DNA from: Octopus vulgaris
Taxonomy: Eukaryota
Assembly (NCBI GenBank): GCA_951406725.2
Contig: OX597820.1
Location: 1,922,001 to 1,986,000, forward strand
DNA: 64,000 nucleotides
Direction of reading: 5' to 3'
Position numbers and translations under genes: made by a program. Each line of letters opens with the position of its first letter. The first letter of the stretch is position 1. Below, piece after piece: positions 56,794 through 64,000 of the stretch. The notes beneath the pieces are model-generated. The model saw only the letters and a program-made list of their open reading frames with translations. It made no database searches and was not told the origin of the DNA.

Positions 56794-56905
56794 TGTATGT
56801 ATGTATATATAATGCAAGTTACTTCATTTGTGTATCAACAAGGCTGCCAATGGCTTTATGTTAAATAGAGATCTCTATGAGTTTCAAGAGTACAACATGG
56901 GAAAG

Positions 56906-57067
56906 AGGCGTGGGTGGGTGGTAAGAAGTTTGCTTTCCGACCACATGGTTCTGGGTTCAGTCCCACTGCGCGTTCCGCACCTTGGGCAAGTCTCTTCTAC
57001 TATAGCCTCGGGCCGACTAAAACCTTGAGAGTGGATTTGGTTGATGGAAACTGAAAGAAGCCTGTCG

Positions 57068-57107
<40 letters not shown>

Positions 57108-57210
57108 ATCTTTGTGACGACCCCATCACCACTTGACAAGTGATGTTGGTTTGTTTACGTCCCCGCAATTAGCGGTTCGGCCTAAGAAACCGATGAAATA
57201 AGTACCAGGT
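56906..57210 (+). mobile_element. SINE family A
   Basis: Head and body match. Confidence 0.8.
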
Positions 57211-57247
57211 TTTGCTTATTTAGGTTATGTTATTTATTTATTGGTGA

Positions 57248-57505
57248 AGGCACGTGGTCTGGTGATTAGAGTATTATATGCATGACTAGAAGATCGTGGT
57301 TTCCGTTTCTGGATCTGGCGATGCATTGTGTTCCTGAGCAGCACACTTCACTTCACGTTGCCTCACTCCACTCAGCTCTAAACGAATTTCTAGCAATAAC
57401 TGGGAAGTTCACCCTGCAGTGGACTAGCGTCCCATCCTGCGGCGTGGAAAGTGTTTGAGATATCATCACTTATAAGCCATGGAAATCGGGTCAAGTTCCG
57501 GCCTT
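57248..57505 (+). mobile_element. Degenerate SINE family C-related
   Basis: ctgagcagcacacttcacttcacgttg..cactcagct core. Confidence 0.6.
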
Positions 57506-57612
57506 ATGAGTCATATGACACATGGAAACCAGATTCCGCTTCGGTCTTAGGAATCTAAAAGTTATGAACAAGAAAAAGAAAAGACTGAGAGTGAACAATG
57601 ATTTCTGCTTAC

Positions 57613-57780
57613 CTTTCGGTCGATTCCAGTAATCGTGCATCTCCATTCGAGTGTGAACTTTCAAACATGCGTAGCAGCCCTTCATTTTTCTTTGGAGGTG
57701 ACCGTCTTCGGCGCACGTATCTAAAACACTACCGCGAAATCTGTTGCATTCGTAACATGTTAAGTTGGCTGGTTTCAGAT
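57613..57780 (-). CDS. Internal exon of Ly6/uPAR three-finger protein (N-terminal half of the LU domain)
   Basis: Acceptor ttttctctctcttcgaatattcAG (57782-81), donor AAG|GTAAGC (57612-07); 168 nt, phase 1-1; LKPANLTCYECN..TC..GCYACLK. Confidence 0.9.
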
Positions 57781-57884
57781 CTGAATATTCGAAGAGAGAG
57801 AAAATAAAACGAACGGCGTTAATTGATTGTGTTTGGGAGAAGCAGACCAAACGATGTTTGGCTATTTCTGTAGGTTCTTTCGCG

Positions 57885-58205
57885 TTTTACTTGTTCCAGT
57901 CATAGGACTGCGACCATGCTGGGGCACCATCTTGAAAGGCTTAGTCGAACCCTTCAAAATGGTGGCCCAGTACTTATTTATCTCAAAACAGGTATTTATT
58001 CTATCGGTGTCTACTGCTGAACTGCTAAACTAGGGGACGCAAACAAACTAACACCGATTGTCAAGTGACAGCTGGATCACACACACACATATATATATAC
58101 GACGGGCTTCCGCACAGTTTCCGTGTGCCAAACATACTAACGTTAGTCGGCTCAGAGGTGATAGTGGGAGACACTGTTGATCAAGGTGCCGCACAGTGCG
58201 GCTAC
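57885..58205 (-). mobile_element. SINE family A, diverged
   Basis: Reverse-complement match. Confidence 0.7.
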
Positions 58206-58433
58206 ATTCGATTGTAAAAAGCCCGGTAGAACGAGTACCACATTTTTTAAAAAACAAGAACTGGCATCGATTTATATCTATAGAATTAAAACCTTATACA
58301 TATGTGTTCATTGTGGTTTACCTGGCTGGAATTTTCTCCATTCCATTAATTATAATCGTCTAAACTCTGAAGTTCGACTCGAGCACTTCTATGCGCTCTG
58401 TATTCTTCGTAAGAATATACAGATATATATACA

Positions 58434-58477
<44 letters not shown>

Positions 58478-58590
58478 GCTGACAGATTTTTCTGCTCTGT
58501 AAGGATTTTATCGTAAATATGCTGTTTTATCACCACGCGTTGAAAAATATATCTTTGTACATGTACTATCATACATACACATATATATAC

Positions 58591-58666
<76 letters not shown>

Positions 58667-58958
58667 GTATATGTATGTATATATGTATATGTATATGTAA
58701 ATGTGTATGTGTATATATAGACACACGGGTTTGTGTGTATGTCTACACACACTTATGGCTGATTGTATGTATACGTGTGTAATGTAATTCAACGTCAGGT
58801 TCTGGGAAAGTTAATAAACTGCTTCAAGCGTGTAAAACTTCAGTAATAATATATGTTGATGATCCCGTATGGTGCATTGATTAAACCCAAATGGAAATGT
58901 ACTTTTCTCTCTGGCAGTTAATTACCAAGTGCTAGAACATATATTTATGCAAGAGATA

Positions 58959-59223
<265 letters not shown>

Positions 59224-59839
59224 GCAGCTGCTGCGGCTGTTAGGTATTTTTATTGTGTCAGCTTATTATGTTGGGATTCCGTGTGGCTTGAGTCTAACGA
59301 AATCTGCTTATAAAGCATTTGTCAATCGGAGGCATTTACTTCATCTACCATGTTGTGGATTCAAGTCCGAAAACATGTGATTGTAAAACAGTTTTGTTTT
59401 TGTTTTTTACCACAGAACCACGATTCTGACCCGCCTCTAATCACATACAAGATACCTTGGTCTATACGGAATAGATTTACATTACTTGATATTATTCATC
59501 ACATAATATCATTTGATATTTAGTAAGAAAAACTAAAGCAAAGCAAGAAGAAATAATAATAATAACAGCAATAATAATAATACTAATAATAATATGCTAA
59601 AATAATTGACAAGACATCTCTTGGTATCCAGGTCAAGGATTTGTTTCACGTTAAGTAGCGAAACCTGTCGTCTTTCGGCAAATACTTGATATACTTTAGG
59701 GCGCTGAATCTGTCACCAAATTCTGGTTTCGTGATATTTATGGTTAATAAAGAGAGATAGAGGATGGATTAGCCGGCTGTATTTGTCCAAGATTTTGCTG
59801 TTAATCACATCCTGTTATAAATGTCATTGGATACATACA

Positions 59840-59870
<31 letters not shown>

Positions 59871-59963
59871 GTGTGAGTGTGTGTGTGTGTGCCGGCGTGT
59901 TTGCGTTGGTGTATGTATATGCATATATGTAGATAGACACACACACAACCACACATATATGCA

Positions 59964-60001
<38 letters not shown>

Positions 60002-61070
60002 CACGAGGGGTGTATGAAAAGTTTTGAGCCTAACCTAGAAATGGGTCTGATATATAGCTGAAACAATTTTTTCTGGTAAGTCCAGTCTTTTCGGAGTATT
60101 CTTGCTAATTTTCATGATTCTGATATTTAAAGTTTTTTTGGTGCAGATTTTTGAATAAACAAGCTTCGAGTTTACAAGGAAAATGGAAAAAACTGTGTAT
60201 CGTGCTGTCATAAAGTACCTTCATTTGAAAGGCATGACTCCATCAGAAATCCATGAAGATATTGGTAAGAACCTTAACAGACTATGGTCCTTCATATGCA
60301 ACAGTCAAATGCTGGGTAAATGAATTCCAGCGTGGCAGGGAGAGTGTGGAAGATGATCCCAGACCAGGGAGATCTCCAACTGCAACCACCAAGGACAACC
60401 TTGACCTTGCTCTTGGTATGATAATGCAAGATCGCCGAATATCACGTCGTCAGATGGCCGAGAAACTGGGCATCTGAACTGAAAGAGCAGACATCATTGT
60501 GACAAAAGAACTTGGGTTCTCAAAGGTTTCTGCAAGGTGGGTCCCTCACCTTTTGACTCCTGAACAGAAACGCACCAGGTGCAATTTGTGCACGAGCAAT
60601 CTGGAACTGTTTGAAGCCGATGAAGAGAATTTTCTTTCTTGTTTCATTACTATGGATGAAAGTTGGGTTCGTCACTACCAACCTGAAACCAAAGAACAAT
60701 CAAAGCAGTGGAAGCACACATCTTCTCCTACCCCAAAGCAGGCCAGGGTCATTCCTTCAACTGGCAAGGTCATGGCATCCGTTTTGGGGGATTCTCAAGG
60801 TGCTTTGCTGATCGATTACCTTGAAAAGGGTCACACCGTGACAGGGCTGTATTATTCTCAGCTGCTAAAACGCCTTCGAGAAGCAATCAAAGGAAAAAGG
60901 CCGGGAATGCTCACCAGAGGAGTCCTTTTTATCCCGCCAATGCTCCAGCCCACGCCTCAGTGGTTGCCATGGCAATAATTCGTGATTGTGGATACGAACT
61001 TTTTCCCCATCCGCCTTATTCGCCAGACTTATCCCCCTCTGACTTTCATCTATTTCCAAAAATGAAAAAT
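60002..61070 (+). mobile_element. Mariner (DD34D, SETMAR/Mos1-like) transposon, pseudogenised and 3'-truncated
   Basis: TA|CACGAGGGG TIR; ATG at 60183; DDPRPGR, WVPHLL, TMDESW, PPYSPDLSPSDFHLF; frameshifts and a stop. Confidence 0.92.
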
Positions 61071-61139
61071 GCGTATTGACGCATGGATGTCGCTGTGTAG
61101 ATTTGCCTGAGGATCAGGGACTCGAAACTCCGCGCAGAG

Positions 61140-61173
<34 letters not shown>

Positions 61174-62048
61174 CACACATACACAGCATTATACAGACAT
61201 ACTCGCGAGTACACATCCTGGATGGGGATGTGCTCTGAAAGTTTTAAGATGCCCAAGATAAGCTATGAAGACAATGGCGCCTCCATGAAATTATCATTAA
61301 TTAATACAGTCCATCTACCCATACATATATACGTACATACACACACCCATACATACATAAGATCTGGAAAAGCTTGGGCTTTCAGAAAAAGTAATCAAGC
61401 CGCTAAAACGCACATTATGAATAACATTGAGTATGCGGAACAGTATAAACATACAAAACTTTTCTCAAGTTCAAAATGTGATATTTTATTTTGTTATCTA
61501 CATTCCAACGATTGTTTTAGATTAGCTTCCTCTTTACAGAGTGACTTTAATTGATATAAACCAAAATACACATACGAACTGTAGGTAAAAGTACACACAA
61601 ATAAAATAAAGAAAGATTAAGAAGAATGGCGGAGTCAAACAAATAATGAATGTATGCAGACAAGAGAAACAGAAAAAAGAATATAAGAAGTTTATAATGG
61701 AAACAAATAGATCGATAGAAGACCCATAAGAGAATCTAACGTTTCGGAAGATATCCTTCATCAAAGAAATGAAGAAATGAAAAAGTGAAGTCAGAGAAAA
61801 TGTGTATACATACAGACACAAGTATGTATGGCATTATTCAATTTATTTCAAGATTTCTTGCAAATAGAGAAAGAACCGGATTCTAACCTAGATCCAAGGC
61901 TCCTTCAGTAGAATTTCAACATCAACAACAGGGTTTGTACGTACGTATGTATGTATTTATGTATGTATGCATGTATGTATGTATGTATGTATGTATGTAT
62001 GTATGTATGTATGTATGTATGTATGTATGTATGTATACACACATATAT

Positions 62049-62515
62049 ACAGCGCGCGATCGTTAAACTGTCACCAATTTATATATTTTTTAATTTTGGG
62101 CTGGCGCATTGTTTGTTTTTGATTTTGTCGACAACACAGTATAGTAGGGTAGCTGGGCACCGTCTGTGAGAAAAACAACACCATGACGCAATTCACTCGG
62201 CCAGATATTTGGAAACGACCAACTGTACTGTTTGGCATTCGTTCCGGAAGCTCCAATACGAACATTTCAGAGTGTTTGGGTGTCAATCTGAGGACTTGAA
62301 CCGAGTGTGATAAAAATCAAACATCCAATCAACATCATGGTGTTTATAGTGATCACTGGTGATGGCAACGTTATGCCTCTATTCATCTTTCCACAGCCTC
62401 ACATTTAACACAGAGGCCTACATCAAGTGTCTGGAGGAGGTAATGCTGCCCTGGGTCAAGAGGGTGGATGCTGGAAGACCCTATGTCTCGCTACAGGACT
62501 CTGAAACATGCCACG
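62049..62515 (+). mobile_element. Internally deleted copy of the 4052 Tc1/mariner element
   Basis: Long matches to 4830-5015 and 5450-5630. Confidence 0.85.
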
Positions 62516-62771
62516 GTCTGTGTCTTTATATTTTCGATCGTGTCGTGTAGCCAGCCGGAGACGGTGTCTCCTGGGGCTAAATTAAAGCAACATTAGTCTT
62601 AAACCAGGACTGGCATGTTATGTTGGCAAACAATCTTTACTACAAACTACTGTTGCTGAATATCTCACGTTGTGAGATTTAAAAATAGTAATTTTCTAAG
62701 AGGAAATTATATCCTTATTTTACATCTCACCTTATAAATCCGACAATTGTTTCAATTGCATTCACACACAC

Positions 62772-62890
<119 letters not shown>

Positions 62891-62896
62891 CATACA

Positions 62897-62928
<32 letters not shown>

Positions 62929-63467
62929 CATTCATGCATTCATTATTTTATCTTCTAAAGAGAGTACTATGTTGTTTAAAACCCTAGGTCAGCCTCGACT
63001 CCGCAAGATAATGATCAAAAGGTTTCTTAAGAATGAGCGTCGTCCTCTTTCTCACTCAGAAGATTATCTCGGACTACATTAACCAATTTCTCTTTCTTTC
63101 TGTTTACGACAGTAGCCTGTGATTTCAATGAAGTTGGTTCGTGAGAATTATGCATTCAGTATGTGAACTGGAACTGTAATGTTCAAGATAAAGATAAATT
63201 TGAACATCTTGAGAAAAATATGACAGGCGTTAAATGCGTACAAATACAACAAAAGCACAGACAAAGGAAAATATGAGCAAAAAGACTCGAACGAGACCGG
63301 TGTTGGTCTGCGCAGGTAAGACTTGTAACTTGTATTAGTTAATAAAATCGATTAGAAGAGTAAAAAGCGAGCCTACCGATGAGAGTGGGGAATCCGACGT
63401 TTCGGACGGATTTTTTTCTTCAGAGGAAAGTTGACAGGAGAACTCTGCTGTGTCTCATTAACTTCTT

Positions 63468-63761
63468 TCCTTTTTGGTCATTTGACAGTGGTCATGCTGG
63501 TGCACCGCCTTTAGTCGAACAAATCGACCCCAGGACTTATTCTTTGTAAGCTCATTACTTATTCTGTCGGGCTCTTTTGCTGACCGGTAAGTTACGAGGA
63601 CGTAAACACGCCAGTACGCAATTGGTATTTAATTTATCGACCCCGAAAGGATGAAAGGTAAAGCCAACCTCGGCGGAAATTGAACTCAGAACATAAAGAC
63701 AAACGAAATACCGCTAAGCATTTCACTCAGCGTGCTAACGTTTCTGCCAGTTCACCGCCTT
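63468..63761 (-). mobile_element. SINE family A 3' part fused to a family B SINE
   Basis: Reverse-complement matches. Confidence 0.8.
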
Positions 63762-64000
63762 ATGACCTAGGTAGATATTAGTCTATTGAAAGGACGCCCA
63801 CCTGAAATTTATATCGAATGCGCTGCATATGGTACACATCTTGTTTGTACAAAGAATTGTTTGGGTAGAAAGTATTCTGGAAGTCACTCGATCCGGAAAT
63901 GATATCGTATCTTTTATCTTTTACTTCAGTCGATGGATTGCGCCCATTCTGGGGCACCGTCTTAAAGGGTTCTAGTCGAATAAATCGACCTCAGTGATTA

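Noticed and set aside
57781-57850. N-terminal extension of ORF 57491-57850 as a signal peptide
   Set aside because: It is the polypyrimidine tract and acceptor of the intron; the true signal exon was not found in the window
61534-61821. Hydrophobic minus-strand ORF as the Ly6 signal exon
   Set aside because: T-rich low complexity; the only donor-like site is phase 0, not the required phase 1

Overview
Eukaryotic, AT-rich, microsatellite-dense genomic DNA. The tRNA-derived SINE families and repeat landscape look like an Octopus (coleoid cephalopod) genome; this is pattern recognition, not a database match. Most ORF-track entries are (TA)n/(CA)n/(TAA)n artefacts or transposon debris. The host genic content I can support is on the minus strand. 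(1) Two phase-compatible exons (57613-57780 and 32504-32724), separated by a 24,888-bp GT-AG intron, encode a complete 10-Cys Ly6/uPAR three-finger domain with a GPI-type tail (quiver/sleepless/lynx-like). Its signal-peptide exon was not found in the window. (2) A signal-peptide first coding exon (1995-2043) of a second secreted-protein gene runs off the left edge. The rest is SINEs, CR1/RTE/R4-Dong LINE fragments, a Gypsy remnant with a nested solo LTR, Tc1/mariner remnants, Helitrons, MITEs and Penelope-like (PLE) fragments. PLE-type fragments carry several hammerhead-ribozyme motifs; two have canonical cores, and all those I found inside the Ly6 intron are in the sense orientation. There is one 100-N assembly gap (14482-14581). 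Repeat boundaries are approximate unless TSDs or termini are cited.
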